Below are positions 31,542 to 41,754 of a stretch of 64,000 nucleotides of DNA, piece after piece. The DNA is taken from contig JANNXA010000016.1 of NCBI GenBank assembly GCA_031409275.1, positions 32,001-96,000 of the forward strand. The letters are read 5' to 3'. Position 1 is the stretch's first letter; each line of letters opens with the position of its first letter. Under the pieces are notes generated by a model, which did no database searches, was not told the origin of the DNA, and saw nothing but the letters and a program-made list of their open reading frames with translations. Origin of the DNA: Planctomycetota bacterium (lineage in GTDB: Bacteria > Planctomycetota > B15-G4 > SIAN01). Made by a program: the position numbers and the translations under genes.

Positions 31542-32681
31542 TCAATCTTCAGAGAGCGTGGTGACGGTCATGGTCTGGTTGTGCAGGTCGCACGAGCCGC
31601 TCGTGTAGGGCGAGATCTCGCCGTACGAGTAGAAACCGACCTGGCGCGTGCCCGGACGGAGCGCGTGCAGCGTTCCTTCGACCTCTTCTTCGGCGCGCTC
31701 GCCCAGCACCAGGCGACGGCCGACGCAGCTGATGGCGATCGACAGCGAATCGCCATGCGCTTCCATCGGCAGGACCACTTGCTCGGCAGCCTCGATGGCC
31801 CCGCCGACCAGTCGATCGAAGTTGGCGCGCATGAGCTGCATCGTCGAGCCGGTCGGCACGTCGCCGGCGAAGGTCATCGATTGATCGCGCTCGTTCACCG
31901 CGAGGATCGTGCGCACGAGCGACTTCTCGGCACCGCTGTCCTGGCGCAGCGCGATCGGGAAGAGCAGCCCCGTCGCCGGCAACCCTGCAGCCCGTTCGCC
32001 GAGGTACTCCTTGTAGAGCGCGAGCGCGGGCTTGCCGTCGATCTCGTAGAGGACGTTGCCCGTCGAGCGGGTGATGCGCCGCTCTGGACCGAAGATGTCC
32101 CAGCCGCCCTTCGAGCCGTGGCCGACCTTCACCGCGGCGCCGTAGAACCCGACCGCGCTGACGACGCCCGACGTCGGCTGATCGTCGTGCAGCACCCACG
32201 TGCTCTGGAAGCGACTGCCGTCGCCCGCAAGGCCGCCGGTCACGACCACCTCGCGCGGTGCCACCGAGTTGATGCCTGCCACGAGCTCGCTGCCGTTGAC
32301 GCAGAGCCCGTCGGAAAGGACGAAGATCGCCATGAGGTCGGGCGCGAGCAGCGTCCGCGCGAGCTCGGCGCCGGCGCGCTTCGAGTCGGCCGCCGTCGCC
32401 ACGACTTGATGCGCGGCGCGCACGTGCCCCTTCTCGAGCGTGAGGACCGCCACCGCGAGGGTGTCATCGTCGACGCGCGTGTCGAGGATCTCGCCCGCCG
32501 TCGAGCAGCCGACACGGACGGCGCTCGGATAGGCGCGCGCGAGCTCGGCGAACGGCTCAGGCCGCTGCGCATAGCTCGAGCCGCCGAAGACGATCACGAC
32601 GCTCGCGGGCTGCGGCGCGGTCGGAAGCGGTTTCGGCGACCAACCGCGAGTGAGGTGATGGCTGGCGATCTCGAGTTTCAT
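31542..32681 (-). CDS. FIST domain protein (NosP-like), adjacent to the histidine kinase
   Basis: GCSTAGEI, LSDGL.VNGS, TGGLAGDG, SCVGRRLVL, GFYSYGEI, LHNQTMT. Confidence 0.92.
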   Translation of the reverse strand: MKLEIASHHLTRGWSPKPLPTAPQPASVVIVFGGSSYAQRPEPFAELARAYPSAVRVGCSTAGEILDTRVDDDTLAVAVLTLEKGHVRAAHQVVATAADSKRAGAELARTLLAPDLMAIFVLSDGLCVNGSELVAGINSVAPREVVVTGGLAGDGSRFQSTWVLHDDQPTSGVVSAVGFYGAAVKVGHGSKGGWDIFGPERRITRSTGNVLYEIDGKPALALYKEYLGERAAGLPATGLLFPIALRQDSGAEKSLVRTILAVNERDQSMTFAGDVPTGSTMQLMRANFDRLVGGAIEAAEQVVLPMEAHGDSLSIAISCVGRRLVLGERAEEEVEGTLHALRPGTRQVGFYSYGEISPYTSGSCDLHNQTMTVTTLSED

Positions 32682-32798
32682 GCGTGCGATCCAGCGACGA
32701 CGAGTGGTGGCGTGACGTCGAGGCTTCGGATCACCGGAATCGAGAACGTGAGCGACTCGGGCGGACGTGAAAACGATTCCCGCCTGGCGCCGCTCTCA

Positions 32799-32956
32799 GG
32801 GCGCCTGACAGAATGGACGCGTCGCGCCGAGACCGAGCGAGGCCACCCAGGACGAGGAGACCGAAGCAGGCGACTCTGAAGAGTCGCCGATGGAGGTCGA
32901 CGGAGTCATGGGTGGCCGCAGCCGGTCGAACGCAGCGGACATTCTGTGAGGCGCCC
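32799..32956. mobile_element. 158-bp MITE-like element, copy 1
   Basis: 17-bp terminal inverted repeats (gggcgcctgacagaatg / cattctgtgaggcgccc, 16/17 match) flanked by TCA direct repeats; about 93% identical to 54390-54547. Confidence 0.85.
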
Positions 32957-34441
32957 TCAGTCGCGCGGGGCCGCGGAAAGCACCACCTTCAGGTCGGGCG
33001 TCTTCCCGTCCTGGACCACGCGCGGGAGCGCCACGCGCGTCGGCGCGATGCCGCTGGCGAGCAGCAGGCCGGTGAAGTTGTCGCGCCATTCGAGCTCGAG
33101 CGCGACGGCGCCGATCGGGAGTTCGAGCTCGGGAGGCGTGCGTGAGAGCGGATCGGCGAAGCCGTGGCCCACTTCGGCGCCATCGCTGGCGCGGAACGTC
33201 GCGACGAGCGTGCGCGGGATCACGATCTGCTCGTTCACGTCGCGCGGCGCCTCGGCCGGCCATTCGAGCAGCAGGCGCACGATCCGCGTCGGCGGGCGCA
33301 CCGGCTTGATGCGCAGGTCGAGCCGCTCGACCTCGCGACCGCCAAGCTCCACCACCACCTCGTGCAGCGTCGCCACGACGCCATCGGTGCGGACGATCTG
33401 CAGTCGCCACCGCCCCGCCGGCAGCGGACCGAGCGCGAAGCTGCCGTCGCCGCCGAGCGGCGCGAAGCCGCCCTGCAGCGCAGCGGAGTGGCCCGCGACG
33501 TCCGACGCCGCGAGGCGCGCCACACTCGCGATCGCTTGCGGCAGAGGCGCCTCGATTCCATCCCACGCCGCACTGCCGACGATGCGGAAGCCCGGCTGCA
33601 GTTCCACCAGCACGTCCCGGTCATCGCGCTCGCCAAGCTCGAGCGTGAACTCCGCCGGCAGCTGACCCGCCACCCGAACGACGCCGCTCCAACGGCCCGC
33701 ATCGAGCGCCGTGAAGCGAGCGCGCCCCTCCTCGTCGAGCCAGACGCCGCGCCGCGCGCTGCCCTGGCGGAGCAGCACGCCGGCGCGATCGTCGAGATCG
33801 GGCTTCGGGTTCGGGCGCACCACGATCGTCGCGGCGCAACCCGCTGCCGCGATCGCCGAGAGGTCGACGCGCAACGTGAACGGCGTCGTCAGCTCCGATT
33901 CGAGGAAGGTCGCGAAGCGCCGACCGCCCAGCATCAGCTCCGCCTCGATCTCGCTGCGATCGAGCGGCGCCAGCAACGACGCGGTCAGATCTCCGTTCGG
34001 ATTGCGGGTGAACTCCGCGAGCCGCGCGCCGCGCTGCACCAGCCAGACACGCGGGATGGTGCCGGCGGCCGCTGCCGTCAGCGTCGGCTCGTCGAGCGGG
34101 CGCGCGTGCTCGTCGGCCAACGCACCCGTCACCTCGACCCGCTCGCGGCGCAGCGGCTCGAAAGCGAGATCGTCGCGCGACACGAGCGGCGCGGCGGGAG
34201 GAGGGACGGCAGCGCTCGCGGGAGCCGCGGCGCGCGCAACGTCGTTGCGACGCCGCGCGACTTCATCCAACGCGGCGGGCGCCGCGCGATCGCCCTCGGC
34301 CGGCATCTCGAACTCGTTGCCCACGAAAATGCGCGTCGCGCCTCGCTCGCCGACCAGTGCCCAGGTCAGGAGCACGCCGATCAACGCGATCGCGCCACCA
34401 GCAGCGAGCACGATCAGGCGCGACCGAGGTGCGGCGCTCAT
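32957..34441 (-). CDS. Membrane-anchored hypothetical protein with carboxypeptidase-regulatory-like (Ig) modules
   Basis: N-terminal TM segment; DEEGRARFTALDAGRW and DGSFALGPLPAGRWRL motifs. Confidence 0.65.
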   Translation of the reverse strand: MSAAPRSRLIVLAAGGAIALIGVLLTWALVGERGATRIFVGNEFEMPAEGDRAAPAALDEVARRRNDVARAAAPASAAVPPPAAPLVSRDDLAFEPLRRERVEVTGALADEHARPLDEPTLTAAAAGTIPRVWLVQRGARLAEFTRNPNGDLTASLLAPLDRSEIEAELMLGGRRFATFLESELTTPFTLRVDLSAIAAAGCAATIVVRPNPKPDLDDRAGVLLRQGSARRGVWLDEEGRARFTALDAGRWSGVVRVAGQLPAEFTLELGERDDRDVLVELQPGFRIVGSAAWDGIEAPLPQAIASVARLAASDVAGHSAALQGGFAPLGGDGSFALGPLPAGRWRLQIVRTDGVVATLHEVVVELGGREVERLDLRIKPVRPPTRIVRLLLEWPAEAPRDVNEQIVIPRTLVATFRASDGAEVGHGFADPLSRTPPELELPIGAVALELEWRDNFTGLLLASGIAPTRVALPRVVQDGKTPDLKVVLSAAPRD

Positions 34442-34519
34442 CGATCCACTCCACTGCCAGCGACACCGGGCACGCAGCCAATCTCGCAGGACCTGCTTCG
34501 AACCAAGCTCGCAACGCGC

Positions 34520-37309
34520 TCAGCGCCCCGCCGCAAACGCCCCATCGAGCAGCCGCTGCAGCTCGATCTTGTGGCTCGCGTGCGAACCGGTGGCGGGGCT
34601 CGCCGAAGCGGGACGACTCACGCAGCGCAACACGCGGCCGTCGGGGAGGCGCTCGCCGAAGCGGCGGCGCAGGTACGGCCACGCTCCCATGTTCTCGGGC
34701 TCGTCCTGCACGAACAGGACGGGTGCGAGCGATGCGCCGGCGACCACGGGGCCGCTGCTGGCGGCAAGCGCAGCGCACAGCGCCGAGTCGGCCAGCGGAT
34801 AGGGCTGCTCCAGTCGGACGATCGCGATGTCGTGCGCGCCGCGCTTCACGCGCTCCTGCTCGAGGTCGTAGCAAAGCTTGCCGCTGACCAGCAACACGCG
34901 ACGCACCGGCGACGACGCGGCCGCGCGAGCCTCAGGCAACAGCCGCGCGAAGCGGCCGCCGGCCAGCTCCTCCAAGCTCGACGTGCTGGCCGCGCTGCGC
35001 AGCAAGCTCTTCGGCGTCAGCACGATCAGCGGCTTCCTCCACTTGCGCAGCGCCTGGCGGCGCAAGAGATGGAAGTACTGCGCCGGCGTCGTCGGCTGCA
35101 CGAGCTGCAGGTTGTCGGTCGCCGCGAGTTCGAGGAAGCGCTCGGGCCGAGCGCTCGAATGCTCTGGACCGGCCCCTTCGTAGCCGTGCGGCAGCAGCAG
35201 CACGAGGCCGGAAAGGCGCCGCCACTTCGTCTCGGCGCTCGCGAGGAACTGATCGAGGATCGGCTGCGCGACGTTGACGAAGTCGCCGAACTGCGCCTCC
35301 CACAGCACCAGCGCGTCGGGCGCATCGAGGCTGTAGCCATACTCGAAGCCCAGCACGCCGGTCTCGCTGAGCGCGCTGTTGACGATCGCGACCTTCGCCT
35401 GGCCGGGCGTGGCCGCGGCGAGCGGCATGAAGCGCTTGCCGTCGTGGACGTCGTGCAGCACCGCGTGGCGATGGCTGAAGGTGCCGCGCTCGCTGTCCTG
35501 TCCGGTGAGGCGGATCGCCACTCCTTGCGCCGCGAGCGTCGCGAAGGCGAGCGCCTCGGCGGCCGCCCAATCGAGCGGCAGCTCTCCGCGCGCCATCGCG
35601 CGCCGCTGCTCCAACAACCGCTCGATCTTCGCGTGCGGCCGGAAGCCCTCAGGCACGCGCGTCAACGCCTCGAGCAGCTCGACGAGGCGCGCGCGCGCGA
35701 CGCCGGTCTCGACCTCGGGCGCTCGCTCGTCGAGGCCGCCGAGATAGCCGTCCCACAAGCCGCCCGGCAGGTCGAGCTTCTGCACGTACTCGCGGCTCTT
35801 CGCCACGGTGAGCTCGCGTTCGAGCAGCGCCTTGCGCTCGGCGGCGATGGCGTCAGCTTCTTCGCGCGCGATGCCGCCGCGCTGCAGCAGGTGGTCGACG
35901 TAGCCGGCACGCACCGACTGGCGCCGCTGGATCGCCTGATAGAGCAGCGGCTGCGTGAAGGTCGGCTCGTCGCCCTCGTTGTGGCCGCGCAGCCGATAGC
36001 ACCACATGTCAATCACGACATCACGGCGGAACTGCGCCCGGAAATCGAGCGCGAGCTTCACGACCTGCGCGACCGCCTCCGGATCCTCGCCGTTCACGTG
36101 GAAGATCGGCACCTGCAGCAGCTTCGCCACGTCGGTCGCGTAGGTGCTGCTGCGCGACTCCTCGGGCGGCGTCGTGAAGCCGATCTGGTTGTTGACGATG
36201 ACGTGCAGCGTGCCGCCGGTCGTGTAGGCCGGCAGCTCGGAGAGGTTCAGCGTCTCCTGCACGATCCCCTCGCCGGCGAATGCGGCGTCGCCGTGGATCA
36301 GCAGGACGAGCCCCTTCTCGCGCCGCTCGTCGCCGACGCGCTCCATCTTCGCGCGCATGCGGCCGAGCGCGACCGGGTTGACCAGCTCCAAGTGGCTCGG
36401 GTTGAAGCACAACGAAAGGTGCACCTTGCGGCCGGCCGCCGTGGTCCACGTCGAACCGTGGCCCAGGTGGTACTTCACGTCGCCGCCGCCGAGGTTCAAC
36501 TCCGCGTCGACATCGGCGAACTCGCGGAAGATCTGGCGCGGCGACTTGCCGAGGATGTTGGCCAGCACGTTCAAACGCCCGCGGTGCGCCATCCCGATGA
36601 CGACCTCGTCGACTCCCTGCTGCCCCGCCTTCTCCAGAGCCAGATCGAGGAGAGGGATCAGCGACTCGGCGCCTTCGAGGCTGAAGCTCTTGGCGCCGAC
36701 GAACTTCTTCTGCACGAACTCCTCGAAGATCGCCGCGTCGGTGAGGCGCGTGAGGATGCGCAGCTGCTCGTTCTTGCCGAGCACGATGCGGTTGCGCGAC
36801 GCCTCCATCCGATCCTGCAGCCAGCGGCGCACCGCGAGGTCGTCGATGTGCATGAACTGCGCGCCGATCGAGCGGCAGTAGGTGTCCGCAAGGCGCTCGA
36901 CGACGCCGCGCACCGTGAAGGGGCCGTCGCCGGCGATCGTCTCGCGCGAGACCGGGCGCTCGAAGTCGTCGGCGCCGATCCCCCAGAAGGCGGGGTCGAG
37001 TTCGGGCGGGCGCGGTCGTTCGCGGCCGAGCGGGTCGAGCGTGGCGACCATGTGGCCGCGCACGCGGTAGTTGCGCACGAACTGATCGACGCGGTGCTGG
37101 AGCGCATCACTGCCGGCGGCGGACGGCGCGGCGGGCGCGACCGGCGACGGAGCGAAGCGCGAGCCGCTCGTCGGCACGTTCGGCCGCACCGCGGTGCGCT
37201 CCATTCGAGAGGCGCGCGCGGCGAAGTGCGGCGCCATGCGCCCGCGCGGTGCTGGTGCGGACGCCTGCTGCGCTTCGAGCCAGGCGACGCTTTCAGGCGA
37301 GACGTCCAT
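34520..37309 (-). CDS. sucA: 2-oxoglutarate dehydrogenase E1
   Basis: [77 protein letters not shown]. Confidence 0.97.
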   Translation of the reverse strand: MDVSPESVAWLEAQQASAPAPRGRMAPHFAARASRMERTAVRPNVPTSGSRFAPSPVAPAAPSAAGSDALQHRVDQFVRNYRVRGHMVATLDPLGRERPRPPELDPAFWGIGADDFERPVSRETIAGDGPFTVRGVVERLADTYCRSIGAQFMHIDDLAVRRWLQDRMEASRNRIVLGKNEQLRILTRLTDAAIFEEFVQKKFVGAKSFSLEGAESLIPLLDLALEKAGQQGVDEVVIGMAHRGRLNVLANILGKSPRQIFREFADVDAELNLGGGDVKYHLGHGSTWTTAAGRKVHLSLCFNPSHLELVNPVALGRMRAKMERVGDERREKGLVLLIHGDAAFAGEGIVQETLNLSELPAYTTGGTLHVIVNNQIGFTTPPEESRSSTYATDVAKLLQVPIFHVNGEDPEAVAQVVKLALDFRAQFRRDVVIDMWCYRLRGHNEGDEPTFTQPLLYQAIQRRQSVRAGYVDHLLQRGGIAREEADAIAAERKALLERELTVAKSREYVQKLDLPGGLWDGYLGGLDERAPEVETGVARARLVELLEALTRVPEGFRPHAKIERLLEQRRAMARGELPLDWAAAEALAFATLAAQGVAIRLTGQDSERGTFSHRHAVLHDVHDGKRFMPLAAATPGQAKVAIVNSALSETGVLGFEYGYSLDAPDALVLWEAQFGDFVNVAQPILDQFLASAETKWRRLSGLVLLLPHGYEGAGPEHSSARPERFLELAATDNLQLVQPTTPAQYFHLLRRQALRKWRKPLIVLTPKSLLRSAASTSSLEELAGGRFARLLPEARAAASSPVRRVLLVSGKLCYDLEQERVKRGAHDIAIVRLEQPYPLADSALCAALAASSGPVVAGASLAPVLFVQDEPENMGAWPYLRRRFGERLPDGRVLRCVSRPASASPATGSHASHKIELQRLLDGAFAAGR

Positions 37310-37311
37310 AT

Positions 37312-39219
37312 CTACTGATCGTCCCCGGCGTCCTCACCACGCGGCGGCGACTTCGCGCCACGGCGGCGCGGCGGCTTCGCCACTCCGTTCTCGCGATCGC
37401 GTTCGCGCGCGCTGGGAGCGTCGGCGCGGCGATACCACTCGACGAAGACGCCAGCCATCTCGTCCCAGATCTGCGGCCCTTGCTCGACCCAGACGTTGGG
37501 GTTGGGGTTGAAGGGGTTGTTCTTGCTGTTGTCGAAGTAGCTGGTGCAACGCACCAGCGTGCCGCGCTCGACCGGGATCGGCGTCACGAACTCGTAGGCG
37601 TACTGCCAATCGGGATGCCATTTCTCGAGTTCGAGCGGCACGGTGCGAGTGCCGTCCGGCGCGATGAATTCGACCGTCACCGACTTGCCGCGCAGGTGCA
37701 TGTGCGGGATGAGGCGACGAATCATCGCGGCGAAGGGGAACTTGTATTCGGAGACGACCTCGTAGTGCTCGATGTTCGGCGGGATGCGCAGCTCGTACTC
37801 GCGGACGATCTTGCCGCTGACACGGTACTCGGGCGGTCCCGCGGCGAACTTGAACCCGATCTTGGTGCGCTCCTTCACCGGCGTCCCGTCCGGTGTGTAG
37901 TGCAGGTTGAAGCGGATCACCGCCCCCTTCTCGAGCAGCAGCGCTTGATCGGGAGGGAAGACGGTGGCCGCGCGTCCCGGCAGGTAGGAGTCGATGAACT
38001 CCATCGACTGCTGCTCGGGGTAGTAGGCGTGCGCGAGGACGTGGTGGCAGATGGTCGGATGCTCGGCGAGGATCTGGATCGCGGAGATCCAGACGTCTTC
38101 CTTCAAGTCGGTCGGAACATTGATCGTGAGGTATTCGACGACGCCCGTCGCCGGGATGTTGACCACGCGCGACTCGACGATCAGGTCGGGCTTGCCGATG
38201 GTCCAACCGCTCGGCCATGTCGGCGCGGGCATCGCCAGCGATTCATCCCCTACCGGACATTTCGCGTCGAGCCACGCCAGCAGCGCCGCTTTCTGATCGT
38301 CGGGCACGCGCATGTCGTGAAGGAAGGGGCCGCTGCTTGCGGTCGCGTTCCACGGCGGCATCGCGCCCGAGCGCAACACTTCGCGAATCATCGCCGCGTT
38401 GCCCGCGAAGTCCTCGGCGCTGCACAGTTCGAAACCTGCGGGGCCGCCGGTGCGGTGGCAACCCTGGCAGCGGTCGCGCGCGATCGGCTCGATGCCGCCG
38501 AACCAGGCGAGCGGCGCCGACGCGACCGGTTCGGGCGGAGCGGTGAGGAACTCGAGCAGGCAGCCGGGCGCGCTCAGTGCCGGTTGCTCGATCCGCTCGC
38601 CGGCGAGCAGCGCACCGAGCGCCTCCTTCAGGTAGTCGCGAGTCGCGGCCGGCTTCGAAGCGCCGCGCCCGATCTGGTCGTCGATGGCACCGCGGTAGCG
38701 CAACCGCCGCTGCGGATCGAGCACGAAGACGTCGCCGGTGGAGCGCACGCGAAGGTGCCAACCGAAACGCCCCTCGTGGTCGCGCGCGTAGCGGCCCGCG
38801 AAACCGAACTGAGTCGCTTCGGCGCGGCACTCCTCGACCGAATCGTCGCTGGTCGGGTTCACGTAGAGGAACGCGACCCCGCGCGCCGCGAAGTCGCGCT
38901 CGATCTCGGCGATGCGCAGTCCATACCGCTTCGAAACGGGGCATCCGACATCGCGCACGACGATCACCAGCGCGGCATTCGTCGCGTAGCTCGACAGGCG
39001 GCCGTCCTTGCCTTCGAGGTCGCAGAAGGCGAGGTCGGGGACCACCTGCCCGATCCCCCACTTGGCGGGATCGAGGACGTCCGCAAACTCGGCCGGCGCC
39101 AACGTCCCGTCGCCGGCGGGTGCCGATTGCGGCGCCGACTGCGGCGCGGCGCAGAGGAGCGACCACGGCAGCAAGACGGCAGCGAGCCCTGCAACGACAC
39201 GCATCGATTGTCGATCCAT
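37312..39219 (-). CDS. Redoxin domain + c-type heme + copper type II monooxygenase-like protein
   Basis: Thioredoxin-like [32 protein letters not shown] and DEM motifs. Confidence 0.8.
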   Translation of the reverse strand: MDRQSMRVVAGLAAVLLPWSLLCAAPQSAPQSAPAGDGTLAPAEFADVLDPAKWGIGQVVPDLAFCDLEGKDGRLSSYATNAALVIVVRDVGCPVSKRYGLRIAEIERDFAARGVAFLYVNPTSDDSVEECRAEATQFGFAGRYARDHEGRFGWHLRVRSTGDVFVLDPQRRLRYRGAIDDQIGRGASKPAATRDYLKEALGALLAGERIEQPALSAPGCLLEFLTAPPEPVASAPLAWFGGIEPIARDRCQGCHRTGGPAGFELCSAEDFAGNAAMIREVLRSGAMPPWNATASSGPFLHDMRVPDDQKAALLAWLDAKCPVGDESLAMPAPTWPSGWTIGKPDLIVESRVVNIPATGVVEYLTINVPTDLKEDVWISAIQILAEHPTICHHVLAHAYYPEQQSMEFIDSYLPGRAATVFPPDQALLLEKGAVIRFNLHYTPDGTPVKERTKIGFKFAAGPPEYRVSGKIVREYELRIPPNIEHYEVVSEYKFPFAAMIRRLIPHMHLRGKSVTVEFIAPDGTRTVPLELEKWHPDWQYAYEFVTPIPVERGTLVRCTSYFDNSKNNPFNPNPNVWVEQGPQIWDEMAGVFVEWYRRADAPSARERDRENGVAKPPRRRGAKSPPRGEDAGDDQ

Positions 39220-39297
39220 CCAAGGTCGAGCGAGCGCGGCGGAGCATAGCTCCGCTTTTCGAGTCGTCAGGAGCTGCGCCCCGCGGGGCCGGAATCC

Positions 39298-41754
39298 TCA
39301 GCGAATCGCGCGCACCTGCATGTCGCGGCCGAAGCGGGCAGCCGCCCGCCACGTCTGCTCGATCGGGTGGAGCGACGGCTCGCGGAAGCCGGCGGCGACG
39401 AGTTCCTTGGCCAGCGTCTCCGGTGTCCAGCCCCAGTGGTGGCGCATCGGCAGCTCGGCGGCGCGGTTCGGATCGCCGTAGATGCCGATCATCGTGAGGT
39501 CGTCGCCGCGCTCGTCGAAGTGGCTTCCGAGCTCGCGAACGCAGACCGCAAGGTTCGGGCACTCGATCGCCAGCGTGCCGCCCGGCGCCAGCACGCGCTG
39601 CCACTCGCGCAGCGCGCGGCGCGCCTGCTCGCGCGTGAGATGCTCGAAGAGGTGGAAGCTGCGGATCGCCTCGATCGAGCCGTCGGGGAGCGCGGAGAGG
39701 TCGGTGACGTCGAGGAAGAGATCGGCCTTCGCAGTCGGCGCGCAGTCGACGTTGATCGAGTCGGCGTCGGGCCGCGGCCCGCAGCCGAGCAGCAGCCGGC
39801 GCGGCTTGCCGCTCGCGAAGAGGCGCTCCACGTCGGCGCGCGTCGAGCGGCGCGGCGCGGCGGCCACCGCCGTCGTCGCTGCCGCCGGCACGAAGTCGCG
39901 CCAGAGCGCGAGGTCGAGTTCCGGCACCAGCGCGGCCGTGGCCTGCACGTCACTCGCGAAGTAGTCGGCCAGACGCGCGCGCGCGGCGGCGTCGGGCTTC
40001 GGCACGAGGTAGGGCTTCTGGTTCACCGGCCGCTCGAAGTCGCGCGGCGTGCAGCGCGGATCGATGCCGAGGAACTCGCAGGTGCGCTTCCACGCCGGCC
40101 GCGGATCGTCGCGCAGCGCTTCGTACTGCAGCAGCAGCACTTGCGACCTCGGCACGCGCGCGAAGAGCTGGCGGAGCGCGTCCGCGATCCGGCAGCTCCA
40201 GAGCGCTTCGGGGAAGAGCGAGTAGTCCTCGAGCAGCCGCTCGCGCTCCCCTTCGAGGCCGAGCAGCTTCTTGCGCCCGTGCAGGAACTGGTTCCAGTTC
40301 GAGACGGCGCGGTCGACCGGATTGCGCAGGATCACCACGAGCTTCGCGTCCGGCGCGGTGTCGAGCAGGTAGCCGAGCGCGAGCGGGTGGTTCAGGAAGT
40401 TGCCCGACCACTCGCCGCACACCTTGCCGTCGGGGCGCGCGAACGCCTCGCGGTAGAGCGCCTTCGCGGCGGCGTCAGGGCCGCGGAAATCGTGGTGGCA
40501 GAAGTAGTGCAGCTCCTTCGCATCCAGGCGGTTCCTCACCACCTGCGGGTGCTGCTGCAACAGCTCGTACCACCAGCTGCCACCCGACTTGCCGCAACCG
40601 AGCCCGACGAAGTCGGGAGGGCCGACCCGCCAGGAGGCGGGCACCGGCGCAAGATCGCCACGCGTGAAGCAAGCGGCCATGCGCGCGCGCGGGCCGGGCG
40701 CAACCGTGGCAACGACCGCGGTGGGCGTCGGTGGCCGCGGCTCGATCACCGTGGTCGCGGCGGAAGGGTCGATCAGCGAGCGCGCCTGCACCATCGCCAG
40801 CAGTCGATCGTGCTGCGAGGTCAGCGCGCACGGATTCGTTCGCCAGCCAATCGGCGGAGCAACGGTGCGCACGCTGCCCGCGCCCGCGTCCTCGAATGCC
40901 TCCTCGCGACCATGCGTGGCGCGCGCCTGCGCGTCGAGCTGCTCGATCTCCGCGGCGGAGAAGGCGCTGGCCCAATACTGGCGGTGGTGCGAGTAGGTGT
41001 CGAAACGGGCGCCGAACGGCTTGGCGGCCGCGAAAAACTGGCGGTCCCAGTCGGCGCCGTAGAGCTTCTGGAAGTAGGGATAGGCGAAGCGGCGCGCGCG
41101 GCGCTGGTACTCGGCGCGCGAGATCGTCTGCGTGTTGACGGCGCCGTAGGTCGAGCCGCCGAGATGGCGGTAGCTCACGGCGTCGCTGTAGCCGAGCCAC
41201 CAACCGCGGCGATGCAGCTGGAACGACAGCTCGTGGATCGCGCCCCAGCAGTAACGGAACGCCGGATTGAGGAACCCGACCTCGCGCACCGCCGTGTCGC
41301 GGATCAGGAAGCCAAGGTAGTCGCAGGTCGTGACCGGACGAACGCTGCCGCCTGCCTGCGCACCGGCTTCGGGATAGTGGCCTCCCACTTCGGTCGGCGA
41401 GACCAAGGCGAGGCGCGGCGCGTGATCGAACGCATCATGCAGCCGCGCCAAGGGATCGACCCCGTCGGGGAAGACGAGGTCGTTCATCACGACCCAGTAG
41501 TCGTCGTAGCCGCCGCGCGCCGCCGCAGCGACCATCGCCTGGCGCAGAGCCAGGTTGTGGCCGAAGCACTTGCCGAGGAAGTCGGGGTCGTCGTAGGCGA
41601 GGGTGGAACGACTGCTCCACTGCTCCGGCGCGCTGCCGCACTCGACGACGTAGAGATCGTGCGGCGTCTTCACGTTGCGCGCCGCCCAATCGCCGAACGA
41701 GTCGACGAGGTCCTTGCGGTTGCGCGAAGCGACGAGGATCGCGGTCCTGCTCAC
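39298..41754 (-). CDS. GT2-like glycosyltransferase / sulfotransferase / SAM methyltransferase triple fusion
   Basis: N-terminal GT2-like region (VASRNR, VVECGS, VMNDL, VGFL, HLGGST); middle PPDFVGLGCGKSG..KELHYF..LRNPVDRAVS; C-terminal LLGCG..HLFEH..RVLAPGG..ECPN. The GTG start overlaps the upstream stop (GTGA). Confidence 0.82.
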   Translation of the reverse strand: MSRTAILVASRNRKDLVDSFGDWAARNVKTPHDLYVVECGSAPEQWSSRSTLAYDDPDFLGKCFGHNLALRQAMVAAAARGGYDDYWVVMNDLVFPDGVDPLARLHDAFDHAPRLALVSPTEVGGHYPEAGAQAGGSVRPVTTCDYLGFLIRDTAVREVGFLNPAFRYCWGAIHELSFQLHRRGWWLGYSDAVSYRHLGGSTYGAVNTQTISRAEYQRRARRFAYPYFQKLYGADWDRQFFAAAKPFGARFDTYSHHRQYWASAFSAAEIEQLDAQARATHGREEAFEDAGAGSVRTVAPPIGWRTNPCALTSQHDRLLAMVQARSLIDPSAATTVIEPRPPTPTAVVATVAPGPRARMAACFTRGDLAPVPASWRVGPPDFVGLGCGKSGGSWWYELLQQHPQVVRNRLDAKELHYFCHHDFRGPDAAAKALYREAFARPDGKVCGEWSGNFLNHPLALGYLLDTAPDAKLVVILRNPVDRAVSNWNQFLHGRKKLLGLEGERERLLEDYSLFPEALWSCRIADALRQLFARVPRSQVLLLQYEALRDDPRPAWKRTCEFLGIDPRCTPRDFERPVNQKPYLVPKPDAAARARLADYFASDVQATAALVPELDLALWRDFVPAAATTAVAAAPRRSTRADVERLFASGKPRRLLLGCGPRPDADSINVDCAPTAKADLFLDVTDLSALPDGSIEAIRSFHLFEHLTREQARRALREWQRVLAPGGTLAIECPNLAVCVRELGSHFDERGDDLTMIGIYGDPNRAAELPMRHHWGWTPETLAKELVAAGFREPSLHPIEQTWRAAARFGRDMQVRAIR

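Noticed and set aside
32799..32956. The 158-bp repeat as a small protein gene or CRISPR repeat
   Set aside because: The ORFs crossing it are incidental, and there are only two dispersed copies with no spacers or cas genes.
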